64,000 nt of DNA from Phormidium sp. (GCA_051013385.1 CP143273.1:864001-928000); one strand, 5' to 3'; numbered from the stretch's first letter, positions 23,030 through 34,121 are shown. Numbers and translations: made by a program. The notes: a model not told the origin generated them from the letters alone.

Positions 23030-25425
23030 TTACCGCCCATCGCCAATTAAAATAAAAGGCGACCAATAGTGAGGATGAGAATAATCGCTCTGAATTAGAC
23101 TAAGTTTCGCTTTTCGTAAGGCTTCACTTTTGCTCATTCCTTGCTTCATATTTTGATAAAACTGAATCATTAAATCCTTTGTCGCAGCATCATTAACACT
23201 CCAGAGAGTTGCTATTATCGATTTAGCGCCTGCACGTTCAAATATATAGGCGACTCCGGCTATTTCTTCACCATTGGAATTTGTTTCTATCGCAGTTTGA
23301 CAAGCGCTGAGGGTGAGGAGTTGGGTATTTTGTAATCCTAATAAGGCAGCATCGGCTATTTTGAATTGTTGATCTGCAAACAGGATTGTGTTTGCTTCCA
23401 TGTTCAAGTTTTTACAACCTTGGGGTTGAAAACAGCCGTGTGTTGCTAAGTGTAGGAGTGGAAAACGGGAGGCGGCAATTTTGAATTTTTCCAGGGTTGC
23501 ATCGTTGTGGATAAATACTTGGCTTCCTGGGAACATCTGGGCAATATTTTTTACTTCTTCCTCTGTTACGGGTAGATTTTGCGGATCTTGGGGAATCGGA
23601 TTTCCTAATGCAAAAATACCCTTTTGTAGAGAGGTTTGATTTTGTGGAGAGGTTTGATTTTGTAGAGACGTTTCATGAAACGTCTCTACATTATTCGATT
23701 TTAAAGAACGACTGGAAAGGCGAGTCAGATAATTAATCGGATATTTTTGGATTAAATATTGTTCTGTTTGTTGGTCATAGAGAGTTTCAAAGGGAATATA
23801 TCGCAGTTTGCCTGTGGCGATGATGCTCAATTGTTTGGGTGAAAAGGCTTTGATTTTGTCTTCTACTGGGCGAATGAGAATGTCATAAAGTTTGATTCCG
23901 ATTTCTTTATCTCTGTCACCTATGCCTTGCAGTTGTTGGCGGTAGGTTGTCACGAGTTCGTCGAATTCTTTTGGGTCAATTGGTTTTTTAATTACGCTTA
24001 GTTGGTCTTTGGTTAAGATAAATATGGCTACGGTATTGGGGACGTTTGTTACATTTGTTAGTAAGATGGGTTGAATTACGACGGTTCCTTCTGGGATGCT
24101 TTCTCTTAGCAGTTTAATGTCTGTGGGTTTGGTTTCAAATAGTTCAGCACCTTCGGGAAATTGGCGGGAGATGTCTTCTGCTAGTTTGTTGTTTTGTTCT
24201 TGCAAGGCATTTATTTGTTGGGATAATTGGTCTGATGGTTTAGAATAATTTTGTTGATATAAAAATTGAATTTGTTCATTTCTTTGTTTCCATTGGTCAA
24301 TTAATTGCTGTAATTGTGAGTTGGAAACTCTGGCGTTAATTAGGCGGATGTAGTCGGCGAGGTCGGCTGTGGTGGTGAGGTTGGCCCATTCAAAAGCTTT
24401 TTCTGGTTGGTTTTGGTCGATTAGGAGGGAGATTAGGGCGATCAAAGTTCCTTGTTCTTTCTGTAAAAATGATTGGCGATTATTTCGTAGTAAAGCTTTA
24501 CGTAACTTTAGAATAATCATAACTGCCTGCTCTAATTTAGCAATTGCCTTAGTAGGTTGATTAGTATCTTGGTAAATAGCAGCAATATTACTTAAAGTTG
24601 CAGCTTGCCCTGCACGATCACCTACAGTTTCAAGTAAAGGTAAGGCACGCTTATAATATTCTAATGCTTGCTGTCTTTCTCCACTCTCACTGTAGACCCT
24701 AGCAATGTTAGATAATATAGCAGCTTGTCCTTTCCGATCACCTATAAATTCAGCTAAAAATAAGGTGTCGTTTAAATTGCCCAAAACCAGCTGGCTTTCC
24801 CCCAATTTATTGGAAACCGAATAAAGATTATTCAATGTTATAATATATAATGCTATCACCTCTCTTGGTGAATGTTTTCCATTTGTAGAATGGTCTAAGA
24901 ATTGTTCAATTTTCTCATAGTTAGATTCTATGTATAACGCCAAATATGGAGTAACAGTTAGTATAAATCTGTCAGCAAAACGCATTGCCTGTTCTAAATA
25001 TTCTAATGCCTTTTGCCTATCTCCTATACTTTTGTAAACTGAACCAATACTATTTAGAATGCTAATTTCTAGAAAAATATTTTCAATTTCCTTAGCAATT
25101 AGCAAAGCTTGGTTGTAGTTTTCCAAGGCTAGCATTTGCTCACCAAGTTTGTCGTAGTTATCACCAATACCGATTAGTGCTGTTACTTCTAATCGTCTGA
25201 ATTTGATTCTTTTGGCAATAGATAAAACTTGTTTAAATATTTTTATGGCTTGTAAGTGTTGCTGTTGCTGAGTTCTATGCCTTCCTTCTTTTAAAAGAGT
25301 ATTTATTTCTTCCTCTAAATTTTCACTTTGTCCCAACTAGGTCGAACCATCAGCGGAACAGTTAAAGGAATAAAACAAACACCAAAAGCCAAAACACCAC
25401 TAATAATTAATTTAATCGCTCTCAT
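23030..25425 (-). CDS. TPR + CHAT (caspase-like) protease; signal peptide is out of frame near 25333
   Basis: TPR repeats; catalytic LHLATHG and LSACQT; upstream ATG at 25425 encodes a signal peptide in another frame. Confidence 0.8.
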
Positions 25426-25435
25426 CTCACTGCAC

Positions 25436-25771
25436 CTATATAAACCAGTTTTCTACTTGAAGTTCGAGAAAATCTGCGTAATCTGACACATTATTAGTGA
25501 CAAGAATCAGATTATTAACTTTGGCAATAGCAGCAATTTGACCATCTGCAAAAGAAGGGGTTTTTCCGATAGTTACCAAACGCGCTCTTTCTTCTGCGTG
25601 CCATTTAGCTGAATTGGCATCATAAGGTAGTAGAGGAATTTTAGTCTCTTCTAGTTCTCTGAGATAATTTTCTATCATCTGGCGCTTCTTTGATTTGGCA
25701 TCAAATTCTTCTGTTGCTTTAGGAAATTTGTTGATTATAGCAATACAAATATTGCTATCTAATAAATACAC
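25436..25771 (-). pseudogene. VapC/PIN toxin, apparently internally deleted
   Basis: YLLDSN, DGQIAAIA and LVTNN..D present; only 111 aa, lacking the central S.i..E segment. Confidence 0.6.
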
Positions 25772-25773
25772 AA

Positions 25774-26040
25774 TTACCTCACATTTATTTCATTGATTTT
25801 TTGCTGTTGAATTTGGCGATCGAGTTGACGTTCCTTTTCCAAAAAATCGCCTATTTTTGCCCACTCTTCTCTATCTTCATCAGAAAGACTTTCTAAAAAT
25901 TCCTTCATTTTTTGCAACTTTTCTTCATTACTCCTGTTCTGAATCACTTCAATCTCGATATTCACTTCTTGACCATCAGGAATATTAATTTCTTGTGAAA
26001 GTTCGATCGCTTTCCCCCGTTTGATGCCTTTGATTTTCAT
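25774..26040 (-). CDS. putative antitoxin partner of the VapC
   Basis: MKIKGIKRGKAIEL...IPDGQEVNIEI, directly upstream of the PIN gene. Confidence 0.6.
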   Translation of the reverse strand: MKIKGIKRGKAIELSQEINIPDGQEVNIEIEVIQNRSNEEKLQKMKEFLESLSDEDREEWAKIGDFLEKERQLDRQIQQQKINEINVR

Positions 26041-26066
26041 GTTGGTTGTCTCCATGCTACTGGGTT

Positions 26067-26313
26067 GATAACCCATTATGTAGAGACGTTATATATAACG
26101 TCTCTACAGGGTTTTGCATTAATAATATTATGGTCGATCGGCGGATAGGGTGCTGAGTACTACTGCGTACACCTAATAGCTTATTCGATTATCTAAATTT
26201 TTGGTACAACCGGTTGGGATGGGACGGGCAGGATGCCCACCCCACAAGAAAGCTGACTCTTGTGGGGTGGGCAGGATGCCCGCCTTAGTTTTCACTTTAT
26301 TTATATCTACCTA
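26067..26313. repeat. palindromic repeats matching those at 22.8-23.0 kb
   Basis: TGTAGAGACGTTATATATAACGTCTCTACAGGGTTTTGCA; GGCAGGATGCCCACCCCACAAGA; TTTTCACTTTATTTATATCTACCTA. Confidence 0.85.
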
Positions 26314-26327
26314 ATTACCTATTTCAC

Positions 26328-26949
26328 TTAATAGGGTGTGACGATAATAGTCATGGTTTTGTCGGCTAAATTAAAGCGCATTTCATCTACTACGTAGGTA
26401 TTTGTTTTGGCGATCGATACAATACTTTCTAATCGCGTTCGATCGACTACAGGCGGCCCTAATCTTACTTCTGCTTGACCTTTAATCGGGTCTTTCAAAA
26501 TAAAAGCATTCAGCGGAATTTTTTCCCAAGATCTTGGCAGTAAAACTCTCTCACCCCGGATAAAAGGAACCGCAGATGCCAGAAGAGATGCAGGACAAAA
26601 TTCTACTTTACCAGTTGTCACTTTAGTAACACCAGAAAACCGTTCACCTTTAGGACGTAAACTAGACGATGAATTCACAGATCCGAGTTTAAAGGGCTAT
26701 CGGATAATTGGCGATCGAGGTTTATTTAATTCAGTAGTAGGCAAAGAAGATACAGATATTAGTAATAAAAAGAATCCGAGAGTTTGGAGATTATTAATGG
26801 AACGTGGCGGTTGGATTTATTTGTTTCCCGCTTTACCTGCGAATTCTCAAGCAAGCGATCGACCAATAGTTATCGCCATCCAAGAAAGTCAGTCTAGCTC
26901 ACATTTAATGATTTTAACTGGAGAAACATCAAAAGCAAAATCACCTTAA
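26328..26949. pseudogene. possible back-to-back gene fragments (minus strand ending 26328; plus strand ending 26949)
   Basis: Start-less plus frame open 26479-26949 (...NPRVWRLLMERGGWIYLFPALP...); minus frame ...KIPLNAFILKDPIKGQAEVRLG...TPY*. Confidence 0.35.
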
Positions 26950-26950
26950 A

Positions 26951-27787
26951 TTAGTTACCGTTTCCTCCTAATAAATAACGCAGTCGCCATTGTCCATCAA
27001 CCCGAGCAAAACTAATGCGGTAATCTCTCGGTTCATAATAAACCAACTGATTTTGCACCCAACCTTTTTTACTGTTTTTAAGAATCACGGGAGTCCAACC
27101 ATCAAATTGATTCACTAATTCTCGTTCTGCTTCTGATAAGTTCTGGTAAGTTTCCGAATCAAATTGAACTAAATCTTTAGAAACTACTCCGACGATAGGT
27201 GAATTAGTTTTTGCTTCGGTGCGAATGTTGACGCGATCGGCAATAATTGCTACTTGAGTTTGCCAGTCAGAATCATAAATTGGTTTACCGAAAGTTTTGG
27301 GACAAACCCAAATTTCGTTTTCCGTTTCTTGCTTAGTTATTCTCGTAGTAAGTTCTAATGTACAGCCAGCAGTAACAGCTTTTTCTATTTGTTGCCAAAA
27401 AGCAGAATTTTTATCTTCTAGATCATAGTTGTCCAAACTTAATGATTGTGCAGAAATTGATTGAGTTTGCGGAGTCACGAGGGCGCGAATAAAAGTTTCA
27501 TCACGGCGCTTTACTGCGGTTAAAAAAGATTGGCGGAATTGAGAAAAATCTACTTTACTGGATAGGGGATTATTTGTAGATAATGTAGTTTTATTATGGT
27601 TATAATTTCCTGGTTTTTGCAAGTTTAAGTCTTTTGGTAAGGAGTTATTTTCCCAAGATTGAGGGAAGAAAACTGGAGTATTTAAAGCAGACTGTTTACC
27701 ATTTAAATAAGTGATAGTTGCTAAAGTTGAACCTGCGATCGCGCCAAGGACTATCATGATAAACATCAAAATGTGTGGAAATCTCAT
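26951..27787 (-). CDS. exported protein with SH3-like segment
   Basis: N-terminal hydrophobic helix; VNIRTEA..NSPIVG...W..V...KGWV. Confidence 0.7.
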   Translation of the reverse strand: MRFPHILMFIMIVLGAIAGSTLATITYLNGKQSALNTPVFFPQSWENNSLPKDLNLQKPGNYNHNKTTLSTNNPLSSKVDFSQFRQSFLTAVKRRDETFIRALVTPQTQSISAQSLSLDNYDLEDKNSAFWQQIEKAVTAGCTLELTTRITKQETENEIWVCPKTFGKPIYDSDWQTQVAIIADRVNIRTEAKTNSPIVGVVSKDLVQFDSETYQNLSEAERELVNQFDGWTPVILKNSKKGWVQNQLVYYEPRDYRISFARVDGQWRLRYLLGGNGN

Positions 27788-27936
27788 ACCTGTTCCTCTG
27801 CAAGTAAATTATCGGGGAGAGATAGTTACCCTGACTGATACTATTTTATACTTTTACTGTTTCCTAAAACAGCAATAAACCCGTCAGGAAAAAAACGGGT
27901 TTTACATAACTCAATATAATAACCTAATCATTAGCT

Positions 27937-28512
27937 CTAGTAACTTGGTGCGTTACCAGCTTTCCACTTAATATTACAACCGACGCTGGGTTTTTGTTCT
28001 TGACTCACAGGTTGATTACTTAATACAGCATCCATAGCGGCGCGTAAATCTTTACCTGTCACAGGAATTCCATTACTAGGGCGACTATCATCCAATTGAC
28101 CGCGATAAACTAATTGTCTATGGCGATCGAAGAGGAAAAAATCAGGGGTACAAGCGGCAGTATATGCTTTAGCAACTTCCTGAGTTTCATCATAACAGAA
28201 AGGAAAAGTAACCCCAAGTTCTAAAGCCATTTCTTTGAGTTTTTCCGGTGCATCATCAGGGTAATTTTTGGCATCATTGGCGCTGATAGCAACTATTCCC
28301 AAACTCTGATTTTTGTAATCTTTTCCTAATTGTGCCAACTCATCTTTAATATGTTTGACAAAGGGACAATGGCGACAAATAAACATCACTAGTAATGCTT
28401 CCTTGTCAGCAAAGGTAGCCAGGGAAATTTTTTCATTGGATACTACATCTGGTAGTTGAAAATCGGGTGCTTTGGTATCCAATGCCAACATAGTTGAAGG
28501 TGTTAACGCCAT
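27937..28512 (-). CDS. thioredoxin-fold AhpC/TSA family protein
   Basis: FICRHCPFV, AACTPDFFLF, GCNIKW. Confidence 0.9.
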   Translation of the reverse strand: MALTPSTMLALDTKAPDFQLPDVVSNEKISLATFADKEALLVMFICRHCPFVKHIKDELAQLGKDYKNQSLGIVAISANDAKNYPDDAPEKLKEMALELGVTFPFCYDETQEVAKAYTAACTPDFFLFDRHRQLVYRGQLDDSRPSNGIPVTGKDLRAAMDAVLSNQPVSQEQKPSVGCNIKWKAGNAPSY

Positions 28513-28545
28513 GATTGCAAATGCCTTTAGTAGAAGTGCTTATTA

Positions 28546-28800
28546 TTAAGATATCAGATGCTCGGATTTTTTCTTGTAGCATTGACGTTTGATTTGCCAA
28601 CCAATACCAACAGCGGCAAAACCTAATAAGCTAAAAGCAGAAGTAGGTTCGGGGACAGATTGAGAAACGGGTGTGAGGAGAAAGCTACGCTGTTGACCAT
28701 TGAGATACCCACTGCCAATAATTTGCCCTTGATTATTAATTTTTAAGGCAGAAGTTAGTTGCCAAGCTAAATTATTATCAATCTGCTGAGTTACTAACTT
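28546..28800 (-). pseudogene. 3' remnant of a HAF-repeat PEP-CTERM surface protein
   Basis: Manual translation ...WQLTSALKINNQGQIIGSGYLNGQQRSFLLTPVSQSVPEPTSAFSLLGFAAVGIGWQIKR...*; no start codon, in-frame stop upstream. Confidence 0.75.
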
Positions 28801-29046
28801 GGTGGGAACTTATCGTGAGTTTATTTAGTCAAAACATAGCGATCGCCAACAATTTATAAACCTATCTTAGGGAAGGTAAATAAACAGAAATAGGATTTTA
28901 TGTATAATCAAGTAAAAATGGTAACGCCATTAAGTTTAAGATTACCAGCCAAAAAACTGGCAACGTTGAATAATTACACAGTTGCTTAGTTGAGCTAATC
29001 TGGATCAGATAGGTTAAAATCTAACAGCCCAACTTGAAAGTTAGGT

Positions 29047-31245
29047 ATGATGCCGATTTATTGCTCAAAGGGACACGAAAACGCTAATACTAATCTGTAT
29101 TGTCAACAGTGTGGGGAGAAGCTGGATCAACCTGTGGTTAAAGGTGTTTATCCGGGGTTGCTGCTGGGCGATCGCTATCGGATCGTCCGTCAACTGGGAC
29201 AAGGTGGGTTTGGGCGTAGTTACCTAGCGGAAGACTCTAACCGCTTCAATGAACCCTGTGTGTTGAAAGAGTTCGCCCCCCAAGTTCAGGGTACTTACGC
29301 ATTACAAAAAGCTGTAGAATTGTTTGAAAGAGAAGCTGGCATTCTCTACAAATTACAACATTCGCAAATTCCTAAGTTTCGGGAATTATTTCGGGCAAAA
29401 CTTCAAGATGAAGGGCATTTATTTTTAGTTCAAGATTATATTGAAGGGGAAACTTATCGCGCTTTATTAGAAGCAAGAAAACGCCAAAAGCAGAAATTTA
29501 CAGAACCAGAAGTTAAGCAATTAATGTGGCAACTTTTGCCAGTGTTGGATTATATCCACAATTTTGGCGTAATTCACCGAGATATTTCTCCTGATAACAT
29601 TATTTTTAGAAATTCTGATAGTTTACCAGTATTAATTGATTTTGGTGGTGTGAAAGAAGTAGCGGCAAATGCAGAATCTCAGTTTACCCAAGCGCCACCA
29701 AATGTTGCGCCTTCTTATGCTACTCGATTAGGCAAAGTTGGTTATGCACCACATGAACAAATGCAGGTTGGGGTAGTTTATCCTCATAGTGATTTATATG
29801 CTTTGGCGGCGACGGTTTTAGTATTATTAACTGGTAAAGAACCCCAACAATTAATCGATCCGCATAACATGACTTGGAACTGGCGACAAGAAATAAATCT
29901 TAGTCCCAGTTTTGGCATGAATTTGGATAAGATGTTAGCTTATCGTCCGGGCGATCGCTATCAAAGCGCCCGTGAAGTTTTGCAGCTTTTGGGAGGTAAT
30001 ATAAATCCGGTTGTTCCTGTTACCCAAACAGCAAGTTCCGCGACAATTCAAAATACTGTAGCAGTTGCACCAGTAGCAACTCAACCAGCAAAAACTCCTC
30101 CTAGCAGGAATCAAAGTAGTAGCAGTTCAAATGGTTGGTTTGGTAAAATTTTGGCTACTGGTTTAGTAATTGCGATCGCCAGTGGCATAGGGTTAGCAAT
30201 TAGCAATAGTAACTTATTTAAGAAGAGTAGAAAACCGCCTCGCCCACCAGTAGAACAACCAACGGCGACAACAAAACCTGAACCGTCGATCTCGAAACTT
30301 TCCCCACAAGAACAAGCGAGAAAAAATGGGTTGCGCGATCGTCGTCAAGCTTTAGGTATCGATTACAATTTCTTTTTAAATTTAGTCAATGAGACATTTT
30401 GGCAAAGAAACCCTAGTCAGAGAGGAAAGATTTTAAGCGATGAACCAAAAGACGAACAGTTAAGGAGACAATGGGATGGAATTGCTTCAGAATGGTTGGA
30501 TAAACTAGCATTTTTAAGTAGCGAATCTCGTCGGCGTTTGGGAAATTACACGCAAGCAGATCGCTTGCAATGGAAAGCAGAAGTAAATAATAAAAAAGTG
30601 AGTAGTCGTGCCCTTTATGACATTGCAGATGCCGAATTTTTCTCCAGATTTCCTGAACAAAGAGAGAAAAAGTTTATTGATAAACCCATTGGACAAGTTT
30701 GGCAAGCAGTAGTGTTTGATAAAGTCAATGCGATTAAATATGGCAATGCTTTGCAAAGAATCGTATTTCCTGAAGGGGAAATAGGCGAAAGCAAAAGCGG
30801 TACACTCAAACCAGGAGAAGGAAAAGCGTACATTGCTGGACTTGCTGCTGGGCAAATTATGAACGTAAAACTGCAAGCAGATAGCAAAATTTTATTTTCA
30901 GTTTATCCGCCTACAAGCGAACAACCAGCATTATTAGAAGATTCTACCAAACGCACTTGGTCAGGTACACTTCCCCAAGGTGGTTTTTATGAATTTGTTG
31001 TAATTTCTCAAGCAACAAAACCTGTTGATTATCAAATTAGTTTAACTGCGGAAACTCCCCCTGCACCGCCAGAACCAACACCTATTGAAACACCAACTCC
31101 CACTCCTACGCCTATTGAACCAACACCAACAGACACACCTACAGAACCAACACCAACAGACACACCTACAGCAGAACCAACACCAACAGAAACTACTCCA
31201 CCGCCTGTTGAAACATCTCCAAATAATCAGGAAGGGAAGCTTTAG
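29047..31245 (+). CDS. membrane Ser/Thr kinase with extracellular domain and Pro/Thr-rich tail
   Basis: GQGGFG, HRDISPDN, DFGG; TM helix; PTPT repeats. Confidence 0.92.
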   Translation: MMPIYCSKGHENANTNLYCQQCGEKLDQPVVKGVYPGLLLGDRYRIVRQLGQGGFGRSYLAEDSNRFNEPCVLKEFAPQVQGTYALQKAVELFEREAGILYKLQHSQIPKFRELFRAKLQDEGHLFLVQDYIEGETYRALLEARKRQKQKFTEPEVKQLMWQLLPVLDYIHNFGVIHRDISPDNIIFRNSDSLPVLIDFGGVKEVAANAESQFTQAPPNVAPSYATRLGKVGYAPHEQMQVGVVYPHSDLYALAATVLVLLTGKEPQQLIDPHNMTWNWRQEINLSPSFGMNLDKMLAYRPGDRYQSAREVLQLLGGNINPVVPVTQTASSATIQNTVAVAPVATQPAKTPPSRNQSSSSSNGWFGKILATGLVIAIASGIGLAISNSNLFKKSRKPPRPPVEQPTATTKPEPSISKLSPQEQARKNGLRDRRQALGIDYNFFLNLVNETFWQRNPSQRGKILSDEPKDEQLRRQWDGIASEWLDKLAFLSSESRRRLGNYTQADRLQWKAEVNNKKVSSRALYDIADAEFFSRFPEQREKKFIDKPIGQVWQAVVFDKVNAIKYGNALQRIVFPEGEIGESKSGTLKPGEGKAYIAGLAAGQIMNVKLQADSKILFSVYPPTSEQPALLEDSTKRTWSGTLPQGGFYEFVVISQATKPVDYQISLTAETPPAPPEPTPIETPTPTPTPIEPTPTDTPTEPTPTDTPTAEPTPTETTPPPVETSPNNQEGKL

Positions 31246-31340
31246 GTTTGGGGACTGGGGACTGGGATTTCTTATACATCATCAGTAAGGGAAAACCAAT
31301 TTAGGAATGTCCTAACATTTGTGGTAAATGCTAGGCACAA

Positions 31341-31373
31341 AGAAACCCGGTTTCTTGAAGAAACCGGGTTTCT
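31341..31373. repeat. palindrome AGAAACCCGGTTTCTTGAAGAAACCGGGTTTCT (variants at about 46103-46135 and 53416-53448)
   Basis: Near-perfect inverted repeat seen three times; here it lies between convergent genes. Confidence 0.8.
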
Positions 31374-31412
31374 GAGGTGTATTTAAATTTGAATCATTGC
31401 TGATAGAAACAA

Positions 31413-32606
31413 TTATGCTTCGTCTAAAGCAACAATTCCGGGAAGTTCCTTACCTTCCAACAATTCCAAACTTGCGCCACCACCAGTAGAAATGTGACTC
31501 ATTTGATCTGCTACACCGACTTTTTCGACAGCAGCTACGGAGTCACCACCACCGATAATGGTAACAGCATCTTTCTTTTCTGCTAGAGTGTTAGCGATCG
31601 CTTCCGTACCCACAGCGAACTTATCAAATTCAAACACACCCATTGGGCCATTCCAAATTACAGTTTGGCAATCTGCAAGGGCTTCTTGGAAGAACTTCAC
31701 AGAATCAGGGCCAATATCCAAACCCATCCAACCATCGGGAATGCTTTCAATGCTAACAGTTTGAGAATCAGCATCAGCAGCGAATTTGTCTGCAACTACC
31801 ACATCAGTTGGTAACAGCAATTGTACGCCCTTTTCTTTCGCTTTTGCTTCTAAAGATTTGGCTAATTCCAACTTATCTTCTTCCACCAAAGACTTACCAA
31901 CACTCAAACCACGCGCTTTGTAGAAAGTGAAAATCATGCCACCGCCGATGAACAGCTTGTCGCATTTTTCCAACAACTTTTCAATTACGCCAATTTTGCT
32001 AGAAACTTTAGAACCACCGATAATAGCTGCTAAAGGACGTTGAGGATTTTCGATCGCATTTTGCAGATATTCCAATTCCTTTTGAATCAAAAATCCCGCA
32101 ACCGAAGGCTTCAAATATTTGGTAACACCTTCAGTAGAAGCATGGGCGCGGTGGGCAGTTCCAAAAGCATCATTAACATATAAATCTGCATTAGCAGCCA
32201 GCTGCTTAGCAAATTCAGGATCGTTCTTTTCCTCTTCTGGGTGGAAGCGGACATTTTCTAGCAACAAAACGTCACCATTTTGCATTGCCCCAACTTTAGC
32301 TGCAACGTCATCACCAATGCAATCGTCAGGTTTTACCACCTCTTGTCCCAACAATTCTGACAAACGTTCGGCAACCGGAGTCAGACGAGATTTTTCCTCA
32401 ACTCCCTTTGGACGGCCAAAGTGGCTGCATAGGATAACCTTGGCTCCATTATCTTTCAAATAGTTGATGGTTGGCAAAGCAGCCCGGATGCGGGTGTCAT
32501 CAGTGATTTTACCTGCATCTACAGGAACGTTGAAATCAGCCCTTACTAGGACTCTTTTGCCAGATAAGTCTGAGGACGTGAGATCTGCTACAGTTTTCTT
32601 GGACAC
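31413..32606 (-). CDS. pgk: phosphoglycerate kinase
   Basis: [32 protein letters not shown] start with AGGAGG. Confidence 0.98.
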   Translation of the reverse strand: MSKKTVADLTSSDLSGKRVLVRADFNVPVDAGKITDDTRIRAALPTINYLKDNGAKVILCSHFGRPKGVEEKSRLTPVAERLSELLGQEVVKPDDCIGDDVAAKVGAMQNGDVLLLENVRFHPEEEKNDPEFAKQLAANADLYVNDAFGTAHRAHASTEGVTKYLKPSVAGFLIQKELEYLQNAIENPQRPLAAIIGGSKVSSKIGVIEKLLEKCDKLFIGGGMIFTFYKARGLSVGKSLVEEDKLELAKSLEAKAKEKGVQLLLPTDVVVADKFAADADSQTVSIESIPDGWMGLDIGPDSVKFFQEALADCQTVIWNGPMGVFEFDKFAVGTEAIANTLAEKKDAVTIIGGGDSVAAVEKVGVADQMSHISTGGGASLELLEGKELPGIVALDEA

Positions 32607-32720
32607 CGAAATAACCTCCTAAATGCTTTTTTTTGCGAAATCAGCGTGCCAACTTATGGTCGTCCGTTCTGTCTACGCAGTCCACATTTTACCGGAGTGA
32701 GGGATCACGAGGTACGTTAA

Positions 32721-33131
32721 ATGTTTAAGACAGTTTTGTTTCCTGTGGATCAAAGTCGAGAAGCCCGTGAAGCGGCTGATGTAGTCACCAACATCGTGCA
32801 AAAATACGGTAGTCGCCTCGTTTTGCTGTCGGTACTCGAACCACCAGCTGAGGGAGAGTCAGCCACTTCAGATGCGATGGCTTCGCCCATAGCAGTGGCA
32901 GAATTATTGAAAACTGCCCAAACTCTGTTTGCCGATCAAGGAATCCTAGCAGATGTCATGGAACGTGAAGGCAAAGCCGCTTTTATGATCTGCGATGTCG
33001 CTGACGAAATTGACGCAGATTTGATCGTTATGGGTAGCCGAGGGTTAGGATTAACGGAAGAGGGCAGTACCGATAGTGTCACTTATCGCGTAATTAACCT
33101 TTCTCCCTGTCCTGTTTTGATTGTTCCCTAA
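32721..33131 (+). CDS. universal stress protein
   Basis: DLIVMGSRG...SV...CPVLIV. Confidence 0.9.
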   Translation: MFKTVLFPVDQSREAREAADVVTNIVQKYGSRLVLLSVLEPPAEGESATSDAMASPIAVAELLKTAQTLFADQGILADVMEREGKAAFMICDVADEIDADLIVMGSRGLGLTEEGSTDSVTYRVINLSPCPVLIVP

Positions 33132-33245
33132 TTGGTCATTGGTCATTGGTCATTGGTCATTGGTGAAAAGGTTAACAAATGACCAATGACAAATGGCAAA
33201 TAACAAATGACCAATGACAAATAACAAATGACAAATAACAAATGA
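33132..33245. repeat. STRR heptamer tandem repeats (TTGGTCA / CAAATGA-type)
   Basis: Tandem 7-mers in inverted arrangement. Confidence 0.85.
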
Positions 33246-34105
33246 CTACTCCTGCGATTCAATGGTATCCCGGACATATTGCCAAAGCTGAGAAGGCACT
33301 CAAGGAACAGCTAAAGCTGGTAGATGTGGTGCTGGAAGTTCGGGATGCGCGAATTCCTTTGGCAACTCAACACCCGCAAGTTCCGCAGTGGGTGGGAAGT
33401 AAGGCGAGAGTGTTGGTACTCAACAGGATGGATATGATTCCGTCTCAAGTGCGCCAACTTTGGGAAAATTGGTTTGAGTCGCAGGGGGAAACTGCTTATT
33501 TTACTGATGCCCAACATGGTAAGGGTATCCAAGCTGTGACGCAAGCGGCGCAAGCGGCGGGGGTGGAGATGAATCGGAGACGGCGCGATCGCGGAATGCT
33601 TCCCCGTCCTGTTCGCGCTGTCGTCATCGGTTTTCCTAATGTGGGAAAATCAGCTTTAATCAATCGGTTGTTAAATAAAAGAGTAGTAGAAAGTGCCCGT
33701 CGTCCCGGAGTAACCAAACAATTACGTTGGGTCAGAATTTCTCAAGAAATTGAATTATTAGATGCGCCTGGAGTCATTCCCGGTAAGTTAAACGATCAAG
33801 AAGCAGCGATTAAATTAGCGATTTGTGAAGATATTGGCGAAGCATCCTATGATAATCAAAGAATCGCCTCGGAATTAGTAGAATTGTTCAACTATTTAGG
33901 AGATGTACATGGGAATTTTTTGCCCGGTTCTCCTTTGCAATCTCGTTACGGTTTGGATGCGAAAGAATGTACGGGTGAGGATTATTTAGTAAATTTAGCA
34001 AAAGAGCGTAATCAAGGCGATGTGGAACGGACAGCAAGGCAACTTTTGAATGATTTTCGTAAAGGTTTAATGGGTGCGATTCCTTTGGAATTACCACCTA
34101 GTTAA
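33242..34105 (+). CDS. ylqF: ribosome biogenesis GTPase RbgA/YlqF
   Basis: IQWYPGH, DARIP, GFPNVGKS, DAPG; circularly permuted G motifs. Confidence 0.95.
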   Translation: MTTPAIQWYPGHIAKAEKALKEQLKLVDVVLEVRDARIPLATQHPQVPQWVGSKARVLVLNRMDMIPSQVRQLWENWFESQGETAYFTDAQHGKGIQAVTQAAQAAGVEMNRRRRDRGMLPRPVRAVVIGFPNVGKSALINRLLNKRVVESARRPGVTKQLRWVRISQEIELLDAPGVIPGKLNDQEAAIKLAICEDIGEASYDNQRIASELVELFNYLGDVHGNFLPGSPLQSRYGLDAKECTGEDYLVNLAKERNQGDVERTARQLLNDFRKGLMGAIPLELPPS

Positions 34106-34121
34106 ATGAAATTTTTATTAA

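Noticed and set aside
33132..33245. Heptamer repeats here and at about 31250, 43700-43800 and 58080-58270 as a novel system
   Set aside because: Ordinary STRR-type repeats of filamentous cyanobacteria
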